IMG/VR virus record: IMGVR_UViG_3300016667_000048
Location: 1-47,272 of that record
Length of the DNA stretch: 47,272 nt
DNA from: a virus
Lineage: Duplodnaviria > Caudoviricetes
Reading direction: 5' to 3' (one strand)
Below are positions 26,573 through 34,661 of this stretch, piece after piece. The position numbers and the translations under genes were made by a program. How positions within the stretch are numbered: the first letter of the stretch is position 1; each line of letters starts with the position of its first letter. The notes below the pieces were generated by a model. It searched no databases, had not been told where the DNA came from, and saw only the letters and a list, made by a program, of their open reading frames with translations.

Positions 26573-28084
26573 TCAGTAGTAGGGTGTCCGCTTGCTGTAA
26601 GGCAAGTTGTACATTGGATTGTCGTCGTAATCGTTGTTCAGACGCAATATCCCGCCCTTACGCGCACGGATTAAAGCAAGAGTCAAGGCATCGACCGCAT
26701 CGTCGTGCTCGCCCGCAGGGAACGCCAACAGTTCATCAACCACCTCAGACGCCCACCGGGTCTCTGGGAACCACACCTGCCCGGATGAAAACATATCGCT
26801 GACGGCATTCACTCGCGCAATCTTATCCTGCCCCTTACCCGGGCTGAAGTCCTGCACGAACAAGCCACTACGACGCATCTCATCAATCAGCGGTTGACCC
26901 GACGCCTTGGCTTCCACGATAACACTATCCGGCTCCCAGTCGCGGTACTGGTCGAGTGCCATCTGCTTAAGCTCCGGGAACTCCCATTTGCCCTTGACGC
27001 AGTTGAGCAGGATCAGGTTGTCCACCCCATCGTCGTTCTTGAACACGCCCCATGTCTGACAGACCGAGTAGTCACTACGTTCCTTGGTAGTGAGCGCCGT
27101 GTCAAACGACTGAATCAGGAAGTCGCACGCTGGTGGGTCTTCGCTAGGCCACCACTGAATCCAATCCTTCTTGATGATGGCAGACTCTTGGGCAGTCGGG
27201 TTCTGCTGGTACTGCGCATTCCACTGCCACGCAGGCATAGACGCCTTGGTGCGCTGCAGCGCTTCAATCGGCCACTGCTCAGGCCAGAGAGACTTCTCGT
27301 TCTCGCTTCCTTCGTTCAGGATAGCCGGGAACTCAAACATCTCGTACTGGTCACCGTCTTCGTTGAGCGCACCGTCCTTGAGGAGTCGGCCAATCAGGTC
27401 ACGCTGGTGCCAGCGGGTGTGCAGAATACATATCTTGCCGCCCGGCATCAGACGGGTTCGCAGACCCGCACGGAACCATTCATATGTAGTGTCCAGTGAA
27501 TCCGTATTCCCCGACTTGATATCCTGCTCAGACAGCGGATCATCCACGATAATTAGGTGACCACCTCGACCAGCTAGCGCACCACCAACACCTGTCGCAT
27601 AGTACTCGCCGCCCTTGTTCGTATTCCACTTACCCGCAGCTTTTGCGTCTGCGGCAATGTTCACTTCGGGAAAAATACGGCGGTACTCAGCAGTTTGCAT
27701 GAGGTTACGCACCTTACGGGCCATGTCCACAGCCAGATCAGCCGTGTGCGAGGCCACAATCACCTTGTGATCCGGGTGTTTTCCGAGGTACCACGCAGGG
27801 TAGTAGATGGAAATCATCTGCGATTTGCCGAATCGAGGGGCCATTGAGACCGCAATACGGTCATGAGAGCCGATTTCCACTCCCATCAGGAGGTTCCCGA
27901 GGCGTTTTAGGTGCGCTCCGAACTTGTAAGTGGGGTCAATAGCCGCTATGAACGCCAAAAAGTCGTTCTGGGCCATGCTGACACGCTTGCGCTCGTCCAA
28001 CTCGTCCAGCAGCACCAGCATATCGGCCATTTCCTTGGGGCTTAACCCCCGCAGAAGGGCTTCAACCTCTTGCTTTGACCGCAT
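26573..28084 (-). CDS. terL: Terminase large subunit
   Basis: Walker A MAPRFGKS, Walker B LIIVDD, TRWH, YQQNP, nuclease DTA and HDDAVD. Confidence 0.95.
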   Translation of the reverse strand: MRSKQEVEALLRGLSPKEMADMLVLLDELDERKRVSMAQNDFLAFIAAIDPTYKFGAHLKRLGNLLMGVEIGSHDRIAVSMAPRFGKSQMISIYYPAWYLGKHPDHKVIVASHTADLAVDMARKVRNLMQTAEYRRIFPEVNIAADAKAAGKWNTNKGGEYYATGVGGALAGRGGHLIIVDDPLSEQDIKSGNTDSLDTTYEWFRAGLRTRLMPGGKICILHTRWHQRDLIGRLLKDGALNEDGDQYEMFEFPAILNEGSENEKSLWPEQWPIEALQRTKASMPAWQWNAQYQQNPTAQESAIIKKDWIQWWPSEDPPACDFLIQSFDTALTTKERSDYSVCQTWGVFKNDDGVDNLILLNCVKGKWEFPELKQMALDQYRDWEPDSVIVEAKASGQPLIDEMRRSGLFVQDFSPGKGQDKIARVNAVSDMFSSGQVWFPETRWASEVVDELLAFPAGEHDDAVDALTLALIRARKGGILRLNNDYDDNPMYNLPYSKRTPYY

Positions 28085-28644
28085 CAGTCGGCACTCCCAA
28101 GGTCTAGGTCATCCGCAGACAGGTGCAACGGGCGAGCCGGGTCTTCGTAGGGCTTGACCTCCGGGGTTTCGGCATCCAGAGTCTTCATCAGACGCTCACG
28201 CAGCAACTGCTCAAGCTCTTCGGTCGGCCTGTGACGCATAGTAATCTCAGTCTTCTCCGTGAAGAGGCCGACATCACTGATCTTGCCAAGGAGTTCCAAG
28301 GCTTTAATCCGGATTCTCGGGTCGGGAGATTCGGATTCCAAGATCAACTTGTTCGTAACGAACGTCCGAATCTGCGCTGCAGACTCCACCACCGCCTTGT
28401 CATACTCAGAAAGTATGGCCTTGATCTGCACAATCGTTCCGGGGGAAGACAGCACCGTGTCGGTAGCTCGCTTGGTTCCAGTTATTACCGCACGGGCAGT
28501 CTCTTCATCCTCATCGGTGACCTCCACATCCGCTTCTAAGGTAGCCAGCGCAGCAAAAGCCGCGTCTACGCGCTCGCGTAGATCAGCAAACGTAGGCGGG
28601 TAGTCCGCCAACGGAATGTCAGTGTCGATTTCAGGTGTATACAT
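28084..28644 (-). CDS. Putative terminase small subunit
   Basis: Probable start MYTPEID at 28644. RIKALELLGK helix; directly upstream of terL. Confidence 0.6.
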   Translation of the reverse strand: MYTPEIDTDIPLADYPPTFADLRERVDAAFAALATLEADVEVTDEDEETARAVITGTKRATDTVLSSPGTIVQIKAILSEYDKAVVESAAQIRTFVTNKLILESESPDPRIRIKALELLGKISDVGLFTEKTEITMRHRPTEELEQLLRERLMKTLDAETPEVKPYEDPARPLHLSADDLDLGSAD

Positions 28645-28671
28645 GCGCAAACCCGTGGGTTGGATGGTCTG

Positions 28672-28700
28672 AGTGTAGCGCAATGTGCCAGTTAAGTTAA
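28672..28700 (-). promoter_or_regulatory. Possible promoter for the packaging/structural arm
   Basis: TTAACT-17 nt-TACACT on the minus strand, 28 nt above the probable terS start. Confidence 0.35.
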
Positions 28701-28913
28701 TGCTCTAATTTTTGTGCTGTATTTTTTGGGGTAGGCACTTTATTTTTGGAGGGGGTGGGTTTCCAAAGTTACCCCAGTTTATCTAGGCTAGGTAAACTTT
28801 ACTAGGGGGCTTGAGTTAAGTTTGTCCGCTTTTTTGTAAGCGTTGATGTTGCGCTCAGTACATGCGCGGGCGGGACTCCAAAGCCAATATCGGGGGGTCG
28901 GGGTAGGGTGGGG

Positions 28914-29051
28914 TTGTCCACAGGCTATCCACAGGTTTTCGGCGTCGGCTCGGGTTGTCCACAGGATTTCCACAGGGTTACCCACAGATTCATCCACAGA
29001 CAGCAGGTTATCCACAGCAGTCGGACTGGTTATCCACAGAACTTATCCACA
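28914..29051 (+). repeat. Array of nine co-oriented DnaA-box-like 9-mers
   Basis: TTGTCCACA 28914, CTATCCACA 28925, TTGTCCACA 28955, ATTTCCACA 28966, TTACCCACA 28978, TCATCCACA 28990, and TTATCCACA at 29008, 29030 and 29043. Confidence 0.85.
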
Positions 29052-29094
29052 ATTACATAGCGTTCGCGTATTGATCTAGCGTTTACTGGCTAAC

Positions 29095-29122
29095 TTGCGG
29101 TCTTTGCTGGTTAAGGCATAAT
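29095..29122 (+). promoter_or_regulatory. Early sigma70-type promoter 1
   Basis: TTGCGG-16 nt-CATAAT, followed by a hairpin, boxA and the first plus-strand gene. Confidence 0.55.
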
Positions 29123-29130
29123 TGAGGGCA

Positions 29131-29166
29131 AGCAAGTAACGCCTTGCTGACAAGCGCTCTTTAACA
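29131..29166 (+). promoter_or_regulatory. Hairpin plus consensus boxA antitermination site
   Basis: AGCAAG-TAACGC-CTTGCT, then CGCTCTTTAACA at 29155-29166. Confidence 0.75.
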
Positions 29167-29241
29167 AGTCATGTGGTAGAATCTAATCACGTCATCACAT
29201 GACGTATCAATCATTCAATCATTCACGTAAAGGAAAACATC

Positions 29242-29898
29242 ATGGCAACTCGTAAGAACACTAGCGCAGCAGTCGCTAACCTGGTTAAGGCCGCTACCGG
29301 CAAAGCCGAAGCGATCAAGGCTCAAGCCGAACTCAAGGCTTCGGAGCGTATCGCCGCCGAGACCCTGACCCGCCTGCACGAAGCGCACGAAGTCGAACAG
29401 GCAGGCGCTAAGAAAGCCGACGGGATGCGCCGGGAGGCGCTGAACATGGCGATTGACGCGGGCCGCGCTGCGGGTCTTGACGCTGGCGAGCTTAAGGATT
29501 TGCTCGCCGACATCTTGGATAAGGCGGTCGAAGCCGAAGACCTGACCCCGGCAACGGCCAAGGCTTACAAGAACGGCGTGGCGTTCGCCATCGAACGTCA
29601 TGTCCCTTGGGCATCTAACCTGCATTCCACGGAAGCTAAGGTGCAGGCCCTTCAGGACGCTAACAAGGCGATTCCGAAGTCTTTGCAGGAAGCTGCAAAG
29701 AAGCTGGCCGAAAAGGAAGCGGCGAAGCGCGAAGCTAAGAACAGCAAGACGCAAGTAGCTAACCTTGACTCCATCGTCAAGCACATGGCGAAGGCTCTGG
29801 CCGACGCCCGGACTCTGGGCCGCAGCGAACTTTGCGCCGACATCCTCGATGTCATCCACTCGATCAAGCCTGAGTGGACCGAGCCGACCGCAGCCTAA
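29242..29898 (+). CDS. First early gene, Ala/Lys-rich helical protein of unknown function
   Basis: AAGGA RBS and strongly biased codons; 218 aa. Confidence 0.85.
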   Translation: MATRKNTSAAVANLVKAATGKAEAIKAQAELKASERIAAETLTRLHEAHEVEQAGAKKADGMRREALNMAIDAGRAAGLDAGELKDLLADILDKAVEAEDLTPATAKAYKNGVAFAIERHVPWASNLHSTEAKVQALQDANKAIPKSLQEAAKKLAEKEAAKREAKNSKTQVANLDSIVKHMAKALADARTLGRSELCADILDVIHSIKPEWTEPTAA

Positions 29899-29942
29899 GT
29901 AAAACCCGCCCCGGCGCAAGCCGGGGCTAACATGGAGTAAAC

Positions 29943-30086
29943 ATGAAAATCCGAATCCTCGGCGCAGTCGTCGCCAGCGCAAGCCTCGCGTGGTCTGTCT
30001 TCGGGCAGTCCGACATGTCTTTAGTTCTAGGCAGCTTCTTGACCGCGCTCGGCGCGGCGGGGCTGGTCTTCGGAGATGACCGCTAA
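29943..30086 (+). CDS. 47-aa two-helix membrane protein
   Basis: Read manually: MKIRILGAVVASASLAWSVFGQSDMSLVLGSFLTALGAAGLVFGDDR. GGAG RBS; followed by a terminator. Confidence 0.65.
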   Translation: MKIRILGAVVASASLAWSVFGQSDMSLVLGSFLTALGAAGLVFGDDR

Positions 30087-30091
30087 CATAT

Positions 30092-30117
30092 AACCCAGCT
30101 TCGGCTGGGTTTTTTTT
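30092..30117 (+). terminator. Intrinsic terminator
   Basis: AACCCAGC-TTCG-GCTGGGTT followed by a T run. Confidence 0.92.
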
Positions 30118-30418
30118 CGCCTATACGTTAACCCGCGTCAAGCGGGTTTGATGACAGTACCCGTGCGGCGCGCGAGAGAGGGTGGGCGAGGAACAGCGTG
30201 GTTAGCGGTTAAACGTTAGAGGAGGCTAGAACCGCTTCGCGGTTAGGGGCTAACGTCCCCGCTTCGCGGGTACGGTCACATAGAGGCAGGCGAGGTTAGG
30301 CACTAACCGGCACAGTCGTTGGCGAGGCTTAGCGCGTAGCGGCTGGTGAGCGTTACAAAACTGCTCTGTAACAGAGTATGTGATATGATATGTCTTCGTT
30401 TAATTACTGGAGCTAGTC

Positions 30419-30835
30419 ATGAAGTGGCCTTTCAAGGATATGCAAGCAGGTGAAGTTCTCGTGCTGTGGGGCGTTAACCCGGCACAGGCGGCTATGTCGG
30501 CGCACAACGTTGGGCGCTATAAGGGCTGGAAGTTCAAGACGGAGAAGGTGGATAGTCCGGACGGTCGCGTAGGCATACGAGTTGAGCGTCTAGCGGTACC
30601 GGACGCGGACTGGGTTAGCCGCACCCCGAAGGGTTCACGCATGGTTACCTATGGCTACGAACAGCTTGAGGTGGGCGAAGAGGTCACGCTGCGCGGTGAG
30701 TCTGAGTTCTTGTCTAAGGCACTGGCGGGGGTGCAAGCGCGGGAGCGCAAGTTCGGCATCAAGATACAGCGTAAGACGGCAACCAACCCGCTTTTGGGCG
30801 TGTACTCCAGCGTGACGTTCAAAAGAGTGGCTTGA
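30419..30835 (+). CDS. Protein with two tandem small domains, possibly DNA-binding
   Basis: KWPFKDMQAGE...RVERLA and TYGYEQLEVGE...TFKRVA are internal repeats; GGAG RBS. Confidence 0.7.
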   Translation: MKWPFKDMQAGEVLVLWGVNPAQAAMSAHNVGRYKGWKFKTEKVDSPDGRVGIRVERLAVPDADWVSRTPKGSRMVTYGYEQLEVGEEVTLRGESEFLSKALAGVQARERKFGIKIQRKTATNPLLGVYSSVTFKRVA

Positions 30836-31125
30836 TATATAAAATAGTCTAGTACAGGGTTTGGACGTAACAGTCTAACCCTGCAACATTTTATACGTAC
30901 TAACTTAATTTTATATATGAGCCCAGTTTCCCCTCTGAAAAACGCGAACAGAACCTGAAACTTATATAAAATAAAACAATATTACATTATTACAGGAGGT
31001 AACGGGGTCTGGGGAAATTTTCCTGAGCTTTTGCGCCTGCGCGCACACAACATTCTGTGCGTGTCTTCGCACGTTCGTTGGGCCGGGCTCTCGCTCAAAC
31101 TCTTCACCTCCTGTAATAACGTAAT
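30835..31125. repeat. AT-rich region with two inverted-repeat pairs; candidate replication origin
   Basis: ATATATAAAAT 30835-30845 pairs with 30908-30918. 30981-31000 pairs with 31106-31125 at 19/20. Confidence 0.6.
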
Positions 31126-31287
31126 TTTCTAATATACATAACCCCTAAGTCGTTGCTCCCCTAAGGATTTTCCCTGCTGACTTCTCTTACGCAAACCGTT
31201 ACAGGACCCCTCCGCGTTACGTCAGATTCTGTGATAGACTAATTTAACATTTAGTCTTCCCTGTTCACCCACCACCAAGGAGCTACC

Positions 31288-31590
31288 ATGCCCAAGCTGA
31301 CCCCTGAGCAAACCCGAGACCAGCACGACGCCATCGTGCGAGCCATGAAGCGCGTAGACGCGGTGCCTTCCGGCACTGTCGTGCAGTTCAATGTTAAGGA
31401 CTACAGCGTCCCCTTCCTCAAGGCATTGCAAGCCTACGCTAAAGAGTGCCGAGTGCATTATCTAGGTGCTCACGGTGACTACACCGTATATCGCGTGACT
31501 ATGCGAGGTCGCAACGTAGGCGGCAAACGCGTTCCCGAGGCGCTAGAGATAGTGCATATCTGGCGGCGGCACCCGTTGGCCCCTCGCTAA
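31288..31590 (+). CDS. Hypothetical protein
   Basis: AAGGAG RBS; 100 aa; followed by a terminator. Confidence 0.75.
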   Translation: MPKLTPEQTRDQHDAIVRAMKRVDAVPSGTVVQFNVKDYSVPFLKALQAYAKECRVHYLGAHGDYTVYRVTMRGRNVGGKRVPEALEIVHIWRRHPLAPR

Positions 31591-31595
31591 GACCT

Positions 31596-31619
31596 AAGCC
31601 CCCAACCGGGGGCTTTTTT
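31596..31619 (+). terminator. Intrinsic terminator
   Basis: AAGCCCCC-AACC-GGGGGCTT followed by TTTT. Confidence 0.88.
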
Positions 31620-31656
31620 GCGTCTAAAGGTTCGGTCACGCCCTCAAACAGTAGCT

Positions 31657-31712
31657 AATCAATCACTTAACAGTAGACAACACTTGACACAGACTTAACT
31701 CTGTGGCATAAT
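31657..31712 (+). promoter_or_regulatory. Strong sigma70 early promoter 2 with an upstream IHF consensus
   Basis: TTGACA 31684-31689, 17 nt, then extended -10 TGgCATAAT. AATCAATCACTTA at 31657-31669 matches the IHF consensus. Confidence 0.85.
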
Positions 31713-31719
31713 AGTATTC

Positions 31720-32060
31720 ATGGAGTCGAGATAAGCCACTCGACAAACCCTCTAACTTACACGCTAGGTTAGTGGTTAACCTGTTCTTTACTGATAGACG
31801 ATCAGCGTATAGGTAGCGTCGTGAGATGCCCCTGCTGCGGCTCCCCTAGTAGCCGTTATCTAGCTAGGTGCGGGCACATTGCGGTGCCTGTGTAAGTCCA
31901 CATACGCTTTGGGGAACCGACCTAACCTACTTGCACCAATACCCGGTGCCACCCGTAGGGTGTGGAAACTGCACGCCATCTACCTCGGCAATAACGGGAA
32001 AGAGGTAGCAGCTTATAGCTCATGCGCAAGCGTGGGCTATGTGCTGTCATGAGACAGCTA
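31720..32060 (+). ncRNA. Candidate large structured non-coding RNA or leader
   Basis: No ORF of 60 aa or more. About ten stems including GNRA-capped hairpins, plus boxA-like TGTTCTTTAC at 31782. Confidence 0.6.
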
Positions 32061-32078
32061 ACCATTTAAGGATTAACC

Positions 32079-32849
32079 ATGAACATCGCTCTGTACCACG
32101 ACATCCCCGGCACTACTGCCCACTCCCGCCTGACCCAGCACCTCCAGCGTTACGAGTACAAGCGCGGCCACTACAAAGGAGATGCGCCTGCTGACGAGAC
32201 TCGCCGCAACATGAGCCACTTCCGCGTAGCCAAGCGTGGGGACTGTATGGCCGTGGTTTTCCACCGCTGTGACATTCTGACTGCCCTACCTGACGGCAGC
32301 GTTGTACTGCGTGCTGATGGCTGGGAAAATGCCCCGACTACACGTGCTGCGCTCAACGGTGCCCTGTCTCTGGCTGGCTACCGTGGCTGGTTGCAGACAC
32401 GCAACGAGAACGGCTACAAGAATACTGCGCTGCATATCCTGTGCAAGCCCGAGTGGCGCTCGTTCGCATGGTGCGAAGCCCTGACTATTCATGCTGATGG
32501 TCGTGTAGATAACTACGGCAAGAAGTTTAAGGCGTATCGCTCCGACCGCGAAGCGCGTAAGGAGTGGGCTGCACAGCCCAACGTGCAGGAGTTCAAGGCG
32601 CTGCTGCCTATCCTGCTTGCCAACGCACTTTTCGTCAGTTCGTACCGCCGTAGGTATGACCTGTCCACGGAGATTACCACTATCACGAAATCCCGGGACC
32701 TGATTGAAGGTGCGCTCGACACGCCCGAGGCGTGGGGTCTGCTGGCTGAGTATCTTAGGTGCGACCACGAAGACCCCAAGGCAGCATGGAAGTGGGTGCA
32801 GGCTCACTGCACTCGTGAGATGACACAACTCGTTGAACTGGAGGATTAA
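32079..32849 (+). CDS. Hypothetical early protein
   Basis: 256 aa; AAGGA RBS; GWENAPTTRAALN. Confidence 0.8.
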   Translation: MNIALYHDIPGTTAHSRLTQHLQRYEYKRGHYKGDAPADETRRNMSHFRVAKRGDCMAVVFHRCDILTALPDGSVVLRADGWENAPTTRAALNGALSLAGYRGWLQTRNENGYKNTALHILCKPEWRSFAWCEALTIHADGRVDNYGKKFKAYRSDREARKEWAAQPNVQEFKALLPILLANALFVSSYRRRYDLSTEITTITKSRDLIEGALDTPEAWGLLAEYLRCDHEDPKAAWKWVQAHCTREMTQLVELED

Positions 32850-33248
32850 ATGGCTACCGTCTTCGTGTACTACAACCTGACCAAGAAATGCTGGTCTATC
32901 CGGGCCGAAGACGGCCCGCACAAGGGCAGAGTCATCGCCCATGCTGACGAGGTGCTGCTGTCCGACTGTACGTTCAAGGTAAGCGAAGCCGGAAGGCAGC
33001 GGGTACTAGCAACCCGTTGCAAAAACGTACATGCCGGTATCCGAGGCACCCTCAATGCCTATGCCGGGATGCTGCACTCGCTGAGCAAGCTAGCAGACGC
33101 AGAGTTCGATGAGCCTGCCACGTTCGTAACCTATAACCCATACAAGTACGAGACATTCGTAACTGTATCTTGGCACCGCCCGGTACATGCCGCCAGCACC
33201 GTGTATCTCACCAACCAACGTCAAGTGCTGGCACAACACACCAACTAA
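32850..33248 (+). CDS. Conserved phage protein of unknown function
   Basis: VYYNLTKKCWSI, FKVSEAGRQRVL, KNVHAGIRG and VTYNPYK. Confidence 0.8.
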   Translation: MATVFVYYNLTKKCWSIRAEDGPHKGRVIAHADEVLLSDCTFKVSEAGRQRVLATRCKNVHAGIRGTLNAYAGMLHSLSKLADAEFDEPATFVTYNPYKYETFVTVSWHRPVHAASTVYLTNQRQVLAQHTN

Positions 33249-33280
33249 CCATTCACCAACCCACCAACCAAGGACTCATC

Positions 33281-34330
33281 ATGCAAGTTACTCTCAACCA
33301 AGCCGCTACCCTCATCGCCAACTGCGGCACTAACATCACGTTCATGCTCAAGGGCCAACCCGGCATTGGCAAGTCGTCCATCCTGCATAGCTTGGCTGCG
33401 CAGTTGCCTGACTATCACGTTGCCTACATTGACGTTACCAACCTCGATCTTGGCGATGTGGCGATGCCGGTGATTGATCGCGACATTATGGTTACTAACT
33501 ATGCACCGAACGCACGCTTCGGACTGGCACGCAACCAGCACAAGCCTGTGCTGCTCATGCTTGACGAACTGACCAAGGCTACCAAGCCTATCCTCAACAT
33601 GCTCCTGCCTATCATCCTTGAGCGCCGACTTGGTGACGTTGCGCTGCCCGAGGGTAGCATCGTGTTTGCTACGGGTAACCTTGAGTCTGATGGTGTGGGC
33701 GACACGCTGCCCGGCCATGCGTACAACCGTATGACTGTGCTCGACGTTGGTAACCCGGACGCTGATAGCTGGCTCAACTGGGCGATGTCTAACGACATTG
33801 CTCCCGAGGTATGCGCGTTCGCCAAGCAATACCCGCAAGTGTTCGACCGCTACGACCTGACCAGCGGCGAGAACTTCTATATCTACAACCCCTTGAGGGG
33901 TCAGACCAAGGCGGTGTGTACGCCGCGTTCGCTGGCTAAGGCTAGCTGGCTCATCAAGTCTCGTGCTGTGCTGGGCGACGCCCTTCTGCCTGCACTCGTA
34001 GGCACTATCGGAGAAGCCGCTGCCCGTGACATGGAGGCTATGGTCACGCTGGCTGACCAAGTGCCTAGCTTCGACGCCATCACCAAGGCTCCCGATACTT
34101 GCCGCCTGCCTCAAGGTGTGGGCAGTTATTTTCTGGTGGCCTTCATGCTGGCTGGTCGGGTCAAGCAGGACACGATGGACGCCGTGATGACTTACGTTTC
34201 GCGCTTCGAGTCCTTCGAGGCTAAGGCATTGTTCCTGTCCTCGGTTGCCGGTAACGCAGACAAGGTTAGGTTCGCTGTGCTCAATCGTTCGTTCACCAAG
34301 GAAGCCGCAGCCGCTGGCAAGTTCTTCTAA
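33281..34330 (+). CDS. MoxR/dynein-related AAA+ ATPase
   Basis: Probable start MQVTLNQ. Walker A GQPGIGKS, Walker B LLMLDE, sensor ATGN, NR arginine finger and TPRS. Confidence 0.9.
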   Translation: MQVTLNQAATLIANCGTNITFMLKGQPGIGKSSILHSLAAQLPDYHVAYIDVTNLDLGDVAMPVIDRDIMVTNYAPNARFGLARNQHKPVLLMLDELTKATKPILNMLLPIILERRLGDVALPEGSIVFATGNLESDGVGDTLPGHAYNRMTVLDVGNPDADSWLNWAMSNDIAPEVCAFAKQYPQVFDRYDLTSGENFYIYNPLRGQTKAVCTPRSLAKASWLIKSRAVLGDALLPALVGTIGEAAARDMEAMVTLADQVPSFDAITKAPDTCRLPQGVGSYFLVAFMLAGRVKQDTMDAVMTYVSRFESFEAKALFLSSVAGNADKVRFAVLNRSFTKEAAAAGKFF

Positions 34331-34337
34331 TCAACCC

Positions 34338-34351
34338 GCCCCTTCGGGGGC
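34338..34351 (+). repeat. GCCCC-TTCG-GGGGC hairpin, copy 1
   Basis: Identical to 36474-36487; no U-tract. Confidence 0.8.
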
Positions 34352-34373
34352 ACCAACCATTTAGGTATTCACT

Positions 34374-34652
34374 ATGCAATTCGATGTAATCAAATTTAGG
34401 ATCGGTTCGTGGGCATTGCCCGCCCTCATCAACGATGACTGGACTGGCTTGGACGATGGCGAGGAAGCCATGCTCGCTGACTGGGTGGAGTACGCCACCG
34501 ACGATTACAAGGACGGCAACGAGGTTACGTGGGTGTTCGCTCACTGGGGCAATTACGACGATGCAGGCTTCGCTAAGTGTGAGGTAACTGACCTTGGCGC
34601 TCAGTGCGTAGACATCGACGCGGTGTTCACCATCACCCCCCGCAACATTTAA
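34374..34652 (+). CDS. Small acidic protein
   Basis: 92 aa; about 19 D/E versus 5 K/R (hand count). Confidence 0.75.
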   Translation: MQFDVIKFRIGSWALPALINDDWTGLDDGEEAMLADWVEYATDDYKDGNEVTWVFAHWGNYDDAGFAKCEVTDLGAQCVDIDAVFTITPRNI

Positions 34653-34661
34653 GTACTAACC

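Noticed and set aside
28914-29051. CRISPR array interpretation of the CCACAG repeats
   Set aside because: The units are only 9-11 bp with 2-21 bp gaps, there are no spacer-length unique segments, and no cas genes are present.
28788-29079. ORFs 28788-29015 (-) and 28843-29079 (+)
   Set aside because: Their translations only mirror the DnaA-box repeats (VDN/LWI, IHR/ST) and they lack an RBS, so the region is better explained as non-coding.
31791-31908. tRNA or hammerhead ribozyme in the structured leader
   Set aside because: There is no TTCRA T-loop or canonical arm lengths, and CTGATAGA does not fit the CUGANGA core.
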